A stretch of DNA of 64,000 nucleotides from Octopus sinensis (taxonomy: Eukaryota): contig NC_043002.1 of the NCBI RefSeq assembly GCF_006345805.1, forward strand, positions 6,820,001 to 6,884,000. The letters run 5' to 3'. A program made the position numbers and the translations under genes. The first letter of the stretch is position 1. Each line of letters opens with the position of its first letter. The notes beneath the pieces were generated by a model. The model ran no database searches. It had not been told where the DNA came from and was given only the letters and a program-made list of their open reading frames with translations. This document shows, piece by piece, positions 50,249-64,000 of this stretch.

Positions 50249-50750
50249 TAATTTCTTTAACTGTGGTACCCAACCAATGTAAACAATATTTTAGCAGGTA
50301 GGCCCACACCTGAGACAGAGGCATGATTCTCATGTAGGGGTAACACATGTCCACTGTTACACGCAGACCGTTGTATACGAGGCAGATGTAACAGCAATAG
50401 GACCCAATCGGCAATCAAACGTGCGAAAGTACGTGGAAATAACTGAAATCCCCATCAGAATCCGCTGTAACAACCACAAGTCCTCCTCAGACATCCCGGG
50501 GAGACCTAATGCCACAATGCCTAGCCAAGCACGTATGGTTATTGAAAGAAAGTGCCACCGAGCACAGCATAAAGTGGAAGATTCTAGAGAAATGTAAAGC
50601 GTACTTCAATAACAAAAGGACGTGCAGATTATACCTAGCTGAAAAAAAGCCCAATTTTAAAGAGCTCTCAGCAGCCACACATTTAGCTGAATAACAGTAG
50701 TGAAATTTTTAATCGCTGCCCACACGAAAGAAAGTATATCCTATCATACT
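50249..50750 (+). pseudogene. Penelope-like GIY-YIG endonuclease remnant
   Basis: TVVYEADVT...KYVEITE; IRCNNHKSS; LAKHVWLLKESATEHSIKWKILEKCKAY...CRLYLAEK; LNNSSEIFNRCPHERKY. Confidence 0.85.
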
Positions 50751-50859
50751 TGCGTGCTCCATCATGTGGGAGAGTGTTGTTTTTTTATGTGTGTGGTTTG
50801 TAGGAGGAGGTGTTCAAGTCGTGCAGGTCTGGTGCACCATCAATAATCTCACAGAAATC

Positions 50860-51150
50860 GACCCATGATAAACAGTGATGTGGCTGTTAAAATTCACAAG
50901 AGAAAAATGTGTAAAATGTGAAAGGGTGTGCCTCTCAGTTGGAGGTCTAAAACATACATGTTAAGAGAGTGCATATGGTGACACCTGTTTCTCCCGGCAG
51001 CCAGCACAGCTGTCTAGTATGTAATAAAATGTGTAAAAGTTTGGCCGGGCTTAAAAGTCATATAAGGGCATCACATGGCAAAAATAATAAATAATTTCAG
51101 TAAGTCTTCTCGGCAATGTCTTTTCTCGTGTAACCAGGATGCAGCTAGGA
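50860..51150 (+). pseudogene. LINE 3' end (RTE-like) with C2H2-type fingers running into an (ATGT)n tail
   Basis: KCVKCERVCLSVGGLKH and CLVCNKMCKSLAGLKSHIRASH, then a short UTR and (atgt)n. Confidence 0.55.
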
Positions 51151-52552
51151 TGTATGTATGTTCGTATGTATGTATGTATGTATGTATGTATGTATGTATG
51201 TATGTATGTATGTATGTATGTATGTATGTATGTTCGTATGTATGTATGTTTGTATGTATGTATGTATGTATGTAGTATGTATGTATGTATGTATGTATGT
51301 ATGTATGTATTATGTATGTATGTGTGTGTGTATGTATGCATGTATGTATATATGTGTGTTTATGTATGTTCGTATGTTTGTATGTATGTATGTATGTGTG
51401 TGTATGTATGTATGCAGGCATGTATGTATATATGTGTGTGTGTATGTGTATGTATGTTCGCATATTTATGTATGTATGTGCATGTATGTGTGTGTATGTA
51501 TGTATGCATGCATATCATGTATCTATGTGTGTGTGTGTGGTGTGTGTGTGTGTGTGTGTATGTTCGTATGTATGTATGTATGTACACATACCATATTGTA
51601 TTATCCCTGATCTTACGATGACATCCTTTTATTCAGGTTGCAGCATCTTTTACATTTTCATTTTTAAGGAATGAGAGATTCATTTGACGACGATTTGGTT
51701 GCTATTTCTAAAAGAAACAACCACATAACTTACTTTATTCAATTAACAAGGTGACTAATTTTCTTTTTTAGTTTTTGGTATTCTAGAGAACTGGGAAGTT
51801 CTACTCAATATTCCATGCTCTGATGGTTTAAACTGAAACGCTGTATTGGTGGCTGGGTACTTAACTCTCTGGAAGATCTACTTTGCAGTTGAGTAGGATA
51901 CTGAGAAATAAATGCACTGCTAACGAGTGCTGATTATATTCTGCGCATTTCCCATTGGTCCTATGCGTGTTTCTTTACTAATAACTCCAACGAAAATACT
52001 TATTGAAAGTTTGATTTTAGGCTGTGTTATATGATTGAATTTGGAAGGTGCAACTATGCAGGCTGAATGATATGCAGAGCACTTTGTATAAAGCCCTCCA
52101 AATCCCTAAAGAGATCAGTTTGCTTTGGTATAGAATTTGTATAATCCACTACTTCAATCAGTGCCAAAAATATAAATTACCCATTGTTTTCATAGGTGCG
52201 TTCATCTCCTCGTTTGTATGTGGTACGATGGTATTCTTAGATTGTTTTTACTGGCTTGTTTGTTTCTTACTGTCCTTTTCTTGTTACCACTTTTACCCCT
52301 CCACAAAAAATCCCAAATTTTATTTAATTTGCTTTGCGGGAAGGACGGTTTCAACGAAGTCGCGCCTTGTCCTAACCTTCGGAACGCAGAGTAGACGAAT
52401 CAGGGACAACTGAAGAAGGGGAATATTCCTTGTGTTGTGTGTTTTTTCGTTGTTTGAAAAAAGTTCGTTTCCATGCTTTTGTTTTTATGTTTTCATTTTT
52501 CATTGTGTTCAACGGTTTTTGGTTTTTGATGTTCTGTACCCATATATGCATG

Positions 52553-52589
<37 letters not shown>

Positions 52590-52687
52590 AGTATGTACAT
52601 ATATGTATGTAAATATGCATATATTTATATATTATTTATATTCTTATATATATACATATGTATATATATATATATTATATATATATA

Positions 52688-52738
<51 letters not shown>

Positions 52739-53241
52739 GAAGAGAAAGCCATATCAGCCGACCCGCACTGCTGTTTGAAGGAGGAAACCGTGAGTACAAT
52801 CTTTCTGAGGAGCAGTCCAAAATAGCCCAGAAACTATTAAACGACTCTACTGAAGATTTTAACCCACGGCATTGGTTTGTATATGTATATACGTATATGT
52901 ATGTGTGTGATTATATGTATGTAATATATATATATATAATTTCTTTATATATATATATGTGTGTGTGTACATATATAATTATATGTATATATATATATAT
53001 GTATATATATATACATATATATATATACACACACATATATATATATGTGTATATATAATAATATAAATAATATATAAATGTATGCATATATAGATAAATA
53101 TATATATACATACCTACATATATACGTATATATACATGCATACATGGGTACAGCACATAAAAAAAACGTTGAACGCAACAGAAATGAAAACATAAAAACA
53201 AAAACATAGAAACGAACAGACAGATATATATATATATACAC

Positions 53242-53796
53242 ACAAGAAAAAAGCAACTAGAATGGATTAATTGTTCAGTACAATTGTTTCATACGAAGAA
53301 CAGCTTTATTAAAAGCTGCAAATATTGCAGCAAATACAAGTGTCCCGTATTCATCAGCCAAAACACATTTGAGTTTTCCAAACATCCTAGGGTGTGAGGC
53401 TACACTCATGAAGTATCGAAGAGAGTTCTATAAAAAGCAAATTTAGATTGTAAGCAAACTTCCAAAGTTCTCTAATGATGCACAGTTTTATAAAAGGTTT
53501 AAAAAAAACTTGTTAGCTTCACAGAAAAGGTAAATCCATCCATAATAATGTAGGTGTAATTTCCGGAGATATGAGGAGATATTTCATACTCAGAGACGAT
53601 GAATTTATCCATAATAAAGTAGGTATCATTTCCTGATATATGAGAAGATCCTGATCACATTTCTGTTCATTTCACAAAACTACTTGTATTTGCTGCAATA
53701 TTTGCAGCTTTTTTAATAAAGCTTTTTAATAAAGCTGTTCTTCATATGAAACAATTGTACTGAACAACTAATCCATTCTAGTTGCTTTTTTCTTGT
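53242..53796. mobile_element. MITE with ~95-bp TIRs
   Basis: acaagaaaaaagcaactagaatggatta... / ...atccattctagttgcttttttcttgt. Confidence 0.85.
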
Positions 53797-53934
53797 TTAT
53801 AATCACCCCACATTATTTTATGGTTAATACCATATAAATTTCTGGTGCATCTAAGTTAAGTACCGCATTCATGTGAATTCATTGGAACTCACTTGAATCT
53901 TAATTGCTTTTACTGAATATATATATATATGTAT

Positions 53935-54066
<132 letters not shown>

Positions 54067-54381
54067 GATTTTTACCATTTACTGGCATGAGATATGAGTT
54101 CAAGGATGATGACCTCATTTAGGATGAGGAAATAATGAAAAAAGGATGGGGTTCGGTCATTACTAAATTGATCGTATTCAGTATGTTGACTAAGGGAATT
54201 TCTGTCAGAGACATTGCTTAACAAAGCTGCTCATCATCTCCTTCTTTCTTTCCCATACCCACTCTTTTTTTCTCTCTCTTAGTCTTCTATGCCAATTATT
54301 ACTCTCACCCCTGCACGAGGAAGTTTCATTGAAGGAGTGAAAGTGTGACACACTGACACACAGAAATTAGTTTTCGCATTT

Positions 54382-54447
<66 letters not shown>

Positions 54448-54813
54448 CACAGCTCGTGAGCTGAAACTAGATAAAATATATATAAAATATATATATATTA
54501 AAGGCGGTGCTCCAGCATGGCCGCAGTCAAATGACTGAAACAAATAAAAGAGTAAAAGAGTAAAGAGTATATAAACAAAATGGGACAAGAACGCAAAACA
54601 TCCAAATAGACGATACAAAAAACACGGACGGGTCATTCGAAACCTTTAATCTTCAGTCAAGAACCGGATCACCCTCGCAATTTCGGCTGATATATATATA
54701 TATATATATTGATAAAAACGGTAAGACAACAAAAGAAGGAAAGAGACCTCGATATTATGTAAATAGAGGAATTTATCTGTAAATGTAACATGTGACAATT
54801 ATTCGGTAGCCAT

Positions 54814-54874
54814 GATAAATCTCCGAGTTTCGGATGCTGAGGTGGAAATCCACACCGCCATCTCTTCAGTTATC
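54814..54874 (-). ncRNA. Hammerhead-like motif with extended stem II
   Basis: GATAA CTGAAGA GATG..GTGGA tt TCCAC..CATC c GAA ACTC g GAG a T TTATC; U16.1 apparently mutated. Confidence 0.55.
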
Positions 54875-55317
54875 CGGCCATCGGGAAAATGCTATGAAAA
54901 ATTACCGTCATACAAAGGGAAATTACTGTGTGATTGACCGTTATTAAGACAAAAGAGCTATTCGAATGACCACTAAGTAAGCGAGTAAAGTAAGGGGGTA
55001 AAAAGTTCATAATATTCGCGTAAGCACGCCTGTTCATACCTACACATGTGCGTGCGCCTAAGGTTATACATTCATCCACCCTCACTTGAAAACGTACACA
55101 TCCTCACTCCCACCCTTCGCCAAATGTATATGCATACATATATAATATACATACACACACATGGACCCCCTCCCCCACATACCCCACCTCTACTCCCACT
55201 CTCTGCCTACCCACAAACCCCAACTCTATGGGGGTCATATTTACCTTGTTATCTCCCCTACTTTCCCTCTCCTGTCTGACTTCTCTGTCCGGCACTAGTC
55301 GCCTTGATAGATCGTTA

Positions 55318-55515
55318 GCCACTACACACATTTTTTTCTCTGCTTGTTTCTCTCCTTGTTTTTTCTGTGTCCCTTTCTGTAGAAGAGCGTAGGCTCGAAA
55401 CATAAAAGAGTTTACTAAAAAATAAAAGACGAAGACAGGTAGTGTACAAAACAAACGCTCTTCTACAGAAAGGGAAACAGAACAAACAAGAAAAGAAAAA
55501 AATGTGTGTAGTGGC
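55318..55515. mobile_element. Family E element in inverted arrangement; hammerhead-like motif at 55373-55408 (+)
   Basis: gccactacacaca ... tgtgtgtagtggc; cttt CTGTAGA a GAGC gtag GCTC GAA ACAT A aaag. Confidence 0.75.
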
Positions 55516-55782
55516 ATATATATATATATATGGACGCAGGTTGTGTGTCAAATAGCTAGCTAGAGGCGGTGGCCTCTTGGAGCTAATCAGCGACAGCTTT
55601 AGTCTTATATCTATAAGACTGTCATATTAGTATGGCGATAACTATTAATTTCCAGAAACGCTGCCGTAATCTCCTTTAGAGAGACTTAGTAATTTTAATA
55701 TTTCTATTATATATATACACACATTTGCTTACCAATATATATGTACATATGCAGGTGTGTATATTTGTGTGTGTGTGTGTGT

Positions 55783-55831
<49 letters not shown>

Positions 55832-56742
55832 ATAGTATATCGTCGATTCTTTGTGCTTCAAGTCTCTGTCTCGCTAAATGAAAGAACTCAGAGTAATAAT
55901 AAACGTCAGTGGCGGTGGCAATGTTGATGATGATGCTGATAATAGTAAATGGAAAGAGAGAGAGAGAGAGAGGAGAGAGAGAGAAAGAGCGAAGAAAGAG
56001 GGTGGGAGATAGCGATACAGTGGGTAGTGATATTTCTATGTTGTAGTTGGTTCTGTTGGTTTATGGTGACCTACCAGCATTATATAGTTTTATGAAATTA
56101 CTCGTAAAGATATTTAAGAAACCATCGAATAAAATTTGAAATAAATACTTAAAAGTGTGTAATAAATCAATGGCTTTAAGTCTTATTTGTCAGATTGAAA
56201 TAAAAACCTTATCTAAGAGTATTTACTTGAGACATGTCGATGTATCATTAAATACAAACTGGTTAAATTTCCATAAAATTAATTTAAATAAATTATTTTT
56301 GATTTAAAGAACATACCCGTTGAGTTTGTGATACACTTTTGTGAAAAATTGAAAAATTAGCTGACACTCGAATTCAAAAATGTGAACTGCTAAATATGCT
56401 AAGTATAGCATACTTCTATCCCTAGAATTTTTAGGAATATCATAATTAGAATGAAGAATCCATGTTTCCTTCCTATGGTGGGAGTAGTGGTTGCAATGAT
56501 AAATAGGAAAGAGCAAATTGTAGATGAAAATTGTAGACAGAGATGAGGAAAAAGAAAGAAACAGGGGAGGTGGTAAAACGTATGATCTTTCCTACATAGA
56601 ACATTAACATCTTTCTAACATTTTAACTGATAAATACACTAATCGATAAATGTACACGTAACACTTTTCTATACTTCTTTAACCTGTGTCAATTTATTTA
56701 CCCTAATTACTATCTATTCAGTTAATATTTAGACTATTATTA

Positions 56743-57125
56743 GGGCGGCGAACTTGCAGAAATCGTTAGCATTCTGGCTAAAATTGTTATCGGCATTTCG
56801 TCCGTCTTTACATTCTGCTGAAGTCGACTTTGCCTTTCATCCTTTCGGGGTCGATAAATTAAGTACCAGTGAAACACTGGGGTCGATATAATCTACTTAA
56901 TCCGTGTGTCTGTCCTTATTTGTCCTCTCTGTGTTTAGCCCCTTGTGGGTAGTAAAGAAATAGGTATTTCGTCTGCCGCTACATTTTGAGTTCAAATTCC
57001 GCTGAGGTCGACTTTGCCTTTCATCCTTTCGAGGTCGATAAAATAAGTACCAGTTGAACATTTGGGGCGCTGTAATCGATTTATCACTCTTCTGAGCTTG
57101 CTGGCCTTTGGACCGAAATTTGAAG
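56743..57125 (+). mobile_element. SINE-B dimer with old-type head and tail, flanked by a TSD-like taatatttaga(c/a)tatta
   Basis: Junction aaagaaata|ggtatttcgtc at ~56959. Confidence 0.75.
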
Positions 57126-57379
57126 CTAATATTTAGAATATTATATCTATTTCTATTATCTTCTATAACTAGCTACACATAAACATATTCACACACAAAG
57201 ACATTCACACACATATATACACACACACACAAGCACACATAAACACACACAAGCATTCACCTCCACAACAAGCTCCAAAACAGTTATTTAAAATGATATA
57301 TCACTCGGCAACTGCATGGGTCAACCTGTCTATGAACTTTGAAACATATCCGTCCCAGCGGAACTTGTACTACTGGTGT

Positions 57380-57630
57380 TTTTCGATCACGTCGTTCACT
57401 CCGTACCGTTCACGAATTACACGTCCGACATGCTCTCACGACTATATTGCTGGCATGGATCCTTCCATGGCCATTTGCATGAAAACAAAATACATCGGTC
57501 CGAAAATGTAACACAAAGTCGAATAGAGCAGGGAAGCAATGAAATCGAGGAGATAAAAGAGTACGCCTACTTGGAGAACACAGTGCATATGCGCCAAGAC
57601 ATCAACACTGAAATCTCAAAGCAAAACTGA
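57380..57630 (+). pseudogene. LINE (RTE-like) RT C-terminal remnant
   Basis: MKTKYI and IEEIKEYAYLEN...DINTEISK resemble KTK...EIEEVKEYVYLG...EI. Confidence 0.5.
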
Positions 57631-57881
57631 GCAAGACCTTACATGCCAGTCTCTTCAATATCCTTTACATGAAAGTGAGACGTGAACTACTTGGAATGAT
57701 ATACATCGATCGTCTACGACGCAAAATATTTGTATATGTAATCATTATATCATTATTACTATTTTGTGCTCCAAGCCTTATATATCTTTGAAATACTTTG
57801 GATTATTTTACATTCTTTTGGCTAATCGTTTTTCATATTCTAGGTACTATAGTTATTTATCTGCATCCCCGTGTAAACATT

Positions 57882-58139
57882 GTGGAGGCGCGTGGCTTAG
57901 TGGTTAGGATGTTGAACTCATGATCGTATGGTAGTGGTTTCGATTCCTGGACCGGGTGATGCGCTGTGTTCTTGAGCAAAACACTTCATTTTCACGTTGC
58001 TCCAGTCCACTCAGCTGGCAAAAATGAGTAATCCTGCGACGGACTGGCGTCCCATCCAGGTGGGGAATTTCTACGCCACTGAAACCGGAAAACCGGCCCT
58101 TATGAGCCTGGCATGGCTCGAGAAGGGACAACACCAAAA
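57882..58139 (+). mobile_element. SINE family C variant with a different 3' tail and 13-bp TSD
   Basis: TSD ccgtgtaaacatt at 57869-57881 and 58140-58152. Confidence 0.85.
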
Positions 58140-58745
58140 CCGTGTAAACATTACAACTTTTATACTGTAACTTTGTTACATCTTATTTCAAAGTATTCGA
58201 GCTATTCCTCGTCTCTTTTTCATTCTATAGATTTTGAGGCGTTCAGATAATTTTGCACACTTCTCTCTAATATACTCCAATACTCTAGTTAATTGTAACC
58301 GCATACTTAGTCATTAGTAATAATTCACTGTTATGCCTAATTTAACCATTTGCACATAATCACTTCTGCCAACATCCTATGTCTTGCACATTATGAATTT
58401 TAAATAAACCAATTATAACTTCAAATTTATATACTGAGATCACGCCTATAACTAAATTAAAGTTATAACACTGATAGCAATATATCCGTTCGCTCACATC
58501 ATAAATCTTAAATTTATCTAACGTTTCTTTCGCTAGATATTCATATACAGAAAGCAGGGAATTAAAGTCTAGACTGCATATATTAACTTTATAGAAATCT
58601 GTCTTCTCGCAATAAGAACATAGCAGTTAAAACAAACCCTTACATTTATAATTTAATCTTCTCAAAACTGTAATACGCAACTTCAAACAGTAAATCAATA
58701 CCTAGCCGTATAAAAATCTATTACTGGCACTAGATTCTTTATGTA

Positions 58746-58781
<36 letters not shown>

Positions 58782-58902
58782 TACGTGCATGTGTGTGTGT
58801 GTGTGTATTTTCACCATATGAAACCGGATGCTTGCGTAAAAGGGTATAAAATGGGCTAACGAAATATCGGGAACTGATGGTATATGCATGTGTCATAAGT
58901 CT

Positions 58903-59129
58903 GCGAGCTAGCTGAAGCGTTAGCACACCGGGCGAAATGCGTAGCCATATTTCGTCAGCCGTTATGTTCTGAGTTCAAGTTCCGCCGAGGTCAACTCTGC
59001 CTTTCATCCTTTCGGGGTCGATAAATTAAGTACCAGTTACGCACTAGGGTTGATGTAATCGACTTAATCCGTTTGTCTGTCTTTGTTTGTTCCCTCTGTG
59101 TTTAGCCCCTTGTGGGTAGTAAAGAAATA
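58903..59129 (+). mobile_element. SINE family B monomer
   Basis: Standard head, central domain and gtaaagaaata end. Confidence 0.88.
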
Positions 59130-59832
59130 GTAATATGCCTGTGTCTATGGGTGCGCGAGTGTACAGGGTTTATATCTGCAAATATATTTAAACATTGAAA
59201 TACAATGATACACTCAGACTTATGTACACCTATGCACAGAAACTCAAGTACTCTTCCAAAAGTATGCACGCATACACGCACAGGCATATACAAACACACA
59301 TGAAGACACAAACACAAATAAACATACATGCTGGTGTATATTCCTTCAACGTAGACATTCGTAAGAAAATAAAATCTCCTGCAACGAAATCACAGACACG
59401 ATTACATACACAAATGCAGGATCCCGATTGATCCCTGGACGCACGCACACCAAACTGCACTTCATACACACGTGCACGTACACACATATATATACACAAA
59501 CACGCACACACACACACACACGTACATACACGCACATACCACGCACACACACACACGCTTACACACGCATACATACACGTACATACGACGCACACACGTA
59601 CGCACACGCACACACACACACACATACACACACACACACGCACACACAGACATACACACACACACACGCACACACACATACACACACATACACACACACA
59701 TACACACACACATACACACACACATACACACACACACGCGCACACACACATACACACACACATGCAAACACACACACACGCACACACATACACACACACA
59801 TACACACACACACATACACACACACACACATA

Positions 59833-59879
<47 letters not shown>

Positions 59880-60297
59880 GACATCACGAGCTACTAACAA
59901 GGACAGATGTTTCCGTCATGCACTGGTTAGTAATTTAATGATACATTTTTTGATTTAGGTAATATCTTTATATTTCCCCCTAAAATACCAGTCGTAATGG
60001 TAGTGACAGTAATAATGATAACGAAGATCACGATAGCGGCAATAATGATGATGATGATGATGAGGAGGAGGAGGAGGAGGGGGAGGAATGGAGGGATCGG
60101 GGGGGGGATATTTGAACTCCCTATAAACGATATTTGCCTGCAATTAATATATTATAAACACATACACATAAGCGCACGCACCTATCCACACAGACACACG
60201 CGCATAGAAATACAGAAATACGTAGTTTCTTCTCTCTCACTCATTCTCTCTCTCTTTCCCTCTTTCTCTCTCTCTCTCTCTCTCTCTTTATATATAT

Positions 60298-60465
60298 ATA
60301 TTTCTTTACTGCCCACAAGGGGCTAAACATAGAGGGAACAAACAAGGACAGACGAAGCGATTAAGTCGATTACATCGACCCCAGGGCGAAATTGGTACTT
60401 TATTTATCGACCCCGAAAGGTTGAAACGCAAAGTCGACCTCGGCGGAATTTGAACTCAGAACGTA
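60298..60465 (-). mobile_element. SINE family B, 5'-truncated
   Basis: tatttctttactgcccacaaggggc...gaactcagaacgt. Confidence 0.88.
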
Positions 60466-60793
60466 TTTAATATATGGTGTTTGTGTTTGTCTTCATACGC
60501 CCAGTTTGCTGCCCTACAGCGTTCTGGAAAAGCTTCCTGCACGACGCCGAGTGTTAAAAAGCACTGAATATTCCAGACCAGGCGAGATGATCGAGAATGA
60601 TAGATATCGGTATTTCGCCATTATTGCGGCTCTACGGTACCATGTACTCGAAATACCTGGAAACAAAATTAATCGTTGATCTGGGAAGTATATGCAAATT
60701 GCGTGAAATCTAGAGCTGCTTTGAATCTGTAAATTAATTTTCTATCTACATGCGTTACGCCGCGGCATACCAACAAACAGACTTCACGCTATT

Positions 60794-60849
<56 letters not shown>

Positions 60850-62439
60850 ATATATATATATCCCAGAACGGCGATTCGTTTCTTTTCGAAGTGCTCCGAA
60901 TACATGGTACCGAGGAGCTACAGTAATAACACAGTATGGATATCTATCATACTTGGTCATCTCGAGGCAAGTTATCTCAACTGGTCTGCGAAAAGCATAA
61001 TACACTATATATGTTCAACCGATAATATTTATATTATGAGAGTTGTTTTAAATCGTAGTGTGTGTATACATACATGCATACATACATACATGTATGTATA
61101 TATGTATATAGATTCAGATAAATATGGTACTTAAGTTGAGGCACGGTATTATCCATACAATTTCAAAGTAAGGTGATTAAAATCAAAATAAGCAATATGC
61201 ATGTATGTATATCACTAATCGAGTCGACCTACTAACAAAGATGTATTTCAGTAATTATACGTTGGGGATACATTTTTCTGACTTTACATAAAGCTTTTTT
61301 TTCTCTCTTTGTGTTATTCTATCATGAGTTTATGCTGGTTTAGTATCTACTGTAGTTATATTACAAATTCAGCATTATAAACATGAGATTTTCATTGATA
61401 AGTTGTAATTAGTACTAAAAAGATCTTTAAAAAGAATATCTTTATATATAAAAGTCAAGTTGTGTGTCTGTCTCCTACGATTTAGATTCCTAACTACTCC
61501 CACATCGTCGTCTGAATAATCTCATTTTCTTCAAGTAAGAACTAGCAATGGTTCGGATGAATTTTTATAACCTTTATAAATCAAGACTTGAGTGGATAAA
61601 TTGAGTCTGTGTCTAAGACACTTCCTTGAAATGCATCTTGTTAAGTTTGCTTGTAAATCAAGTAATGAGAGATTTCATAGAAGGAAACTTCTACCTGGCA
61701 AAAGGTTGTTGAGGAAATTCAGAGTGGAATAGAACTTTCTTACTACAAGTCCAGTGAGTGATATCCTTCTGTCGTATCTCAATGCAAGCGACAGTTTACG
61801 ATTGGTGATGAGAAAGAGTTTCAGAACTGTATTTGTCACGAGGACTTCTGCAGTGCAAATATCTTCATTTCTATAACGAATTTCCTACCAAATTCCTCTT
61901 CAAATTCATTCAGTCTAACGACCTTCCTACTGAGTTTTTGCTACCAAGCAAGTATCGGCATCTTTTTCGTTGCAAGCTTCTGCCTAGCCTTAAAAAAGGA
62001 AGAACTGTGTTAATATAAGGAATTCGTTCTAGAAATGCAAATCAGGGGAAATACGTGAAGGTCATGGCACTTTATGAGAGCCAAGCAAGAACAATTTTGC
62101 AATTTTCGAAATAAAAACGGTGCCACACCACTTGATATATTCAACAGCTACAGTATATCTTTTCAATTATTTTCAGATAAAGACCATTTTGGACTTTAGA
62201 ATTACAAACCACATATTAAACTTTCAGATGCCAGATCTCTTAAGAAACGTCCACACTATCCTTCAGTTATTGGCTAATTAATAATGTGTGTAGTATATAT
62301 TACTAAACCTCTCCGCTAATCTGGTGGAAGCTTGTAGTTTATCTGTCAAATGCAAAGAACCCTCCTTCACTCACCTGCAAAATTCACCTGCATGCAATGT
62401 TGAAACTGACGAATATTCTAGAAATCCAAACTCTTTTAC

Positions 62440-62657
62440 TTGCTTCAGTTATTTGAGCACCACCTTTAGTCGAACAAATCCACCCCAGGACTTATTCTTT
62501 GTAAGCCAAGTACTTATTCTGTCGGTCTTTTTTGCCGAACCGCTAATTTACGGGAACGTAAACATCAACATCGGGTGTCAAGCGATGGTGGGGGAGGGAC
62601 AAACAGACAGACACACACACACGAGCACACACACACACACACACACACACACGAGCG

Positions 62658-62703
<46 letters not shown>

Positions 62704-62865
62704 CGACGAGCTTCTTTCAGTTTCCATGTTCCATATCCACTCATAAGGCTTTGGTCGGCCCGAGGCTATAGTAGAAGATACTTTCCCAAGGTGCCACCCA
62801 CGCAGTGGGACTGAACCCCAAGCAATGTGGTTAGGAAGGAAACTCCTTACCGCACATCCACTGCT
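62440..62865 (-). mobile_element. SINE family A
   Basis: Reverse complement of 56-455 with an expanded (CA)n. Confidence 0.85.
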
Positions 62866-63371
62866 GTAAAAAAAAAATCAACCTGTTGCTCTCTATGAAT
62901 TTGCACCTGACGTAAAATTGTTTCTCCTAACCTTGATCTACAACTTGAGTGGTTGAGCGGAAAACAAGTCAAAGCAACGCACCCTTGTACAGCGAGAATA
63001 GCCACTTATCTTTTCACGCCTAGACTGCCAAACTGTTCTTTGTTTCCAGTAGAACTAAATGGAAAATAACGACAGATGGGCAAATAGATGAACCTAGATA
63101 TATACAAAGCAGTTAAGACTCGAGAGAGAGAGGGGGAACGAGAGACGTGTTTTCTATATATGTAATTGCTAATGTAATGTAGACTAAAAAAAGGAAGTAT
63201 ATATGTAATTAGAGAAGGGATGACATGGGCAGAGATGAATGACTGACTGGCTGGTTACAAAATGGGAGCCATAAATAAAAACGAAATCGTGTTTTCAATG
63301 ACATATCTGTCTTTGTCGTCTTTGTTATAATTTAAATCTTATTTTATTTTAATATCAAAAACAAATTGGCG

Positions 63372-63540
<169 letters not shown>

Positions 63541-63598
63541 GAGATAGAGATAGATAGATAATAGATAGATAGATAGATAGATAGATTGAAAGATAGAT

Positions 63599-63678
<80 letters not shown>

Positions 63679-64000
63679 CAAGGCAAACGGAAAGACTACA
63701 CCAGCTGTTAACACTTCAAGCTGTCGGCACGTTTGAATCAGTCGACTGTCGAGGACTGTTACACTGCAGGAGTGAGTTATTATAACTTAAAACGTTAAAG
63801 ACAGAATGAGAGCTAAATATGGCGGTGGTGGTGTTAAGTTAATGTTAGTGGTGACGGTAGTAGCGTTGGTAATGCTGATGGTGGTGTAGAGGGTAGCGGT
63901 GAAAAAAGTGGTGATGAAGCTTTTAACAAATACAATAGCGGCAATAAGGGTACAAAGGAAAGATAGGCGTGGTTGCAAAAATTATTGAATGGAAGTTGTT

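Noticed and set aside
52350-52430. Possible type II hammerhead (ttgtcc/ggacaa stem before CTGAAGA)
   Set aside because: GAA is followed by G, and there is no stem II partner.
53340-53365. CTGATGA ATAC..GTAT on the minus strand
   Set aside because: No GAAA after the stem; it lies inside a MITE.
61510-62220. Possible decayed transposase on the minus strand
   Set aside because: Multiple stops in the frames examined and no recognisable motif.

Overview
AT-rich, microsatellite-saturated eukaryotic non-coding DNA. The repeat landscape points to an octopod cephalopod (inference from tRNA-derived SINE types and (TA)/(CA)/(GATA) density). No intact host gene or autonomous transposon is recognisable, and nearly all listed ORFs are translations of simple repeats. 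The window contains five SINE-like families, several non-autonomous Helitrons, MITE/foldback elements, and fossils of Penelope-like (RT and GIY-YIG), R4/Dong, Tx1 and RTE retroelements. The main observation is about eight unrelated short families, mostly beside (TA)n and often arranged as palindromes, that each fold by hand into a minimal type I hammerhead ribozyme, mostly with a short self-complementary stem III typical of Penelope-associated hammerheads. The catalytic 3:8 pair covaries across families (C3:G8, G3:C8, U3:A8), and A6U and long-stem-II variants also occur. A second pattern is that one SINE family inserts as TSD-flanked head+unit+unit multimers with a recurrent junction. All folds were read by eye, and none has been computed or assayed.
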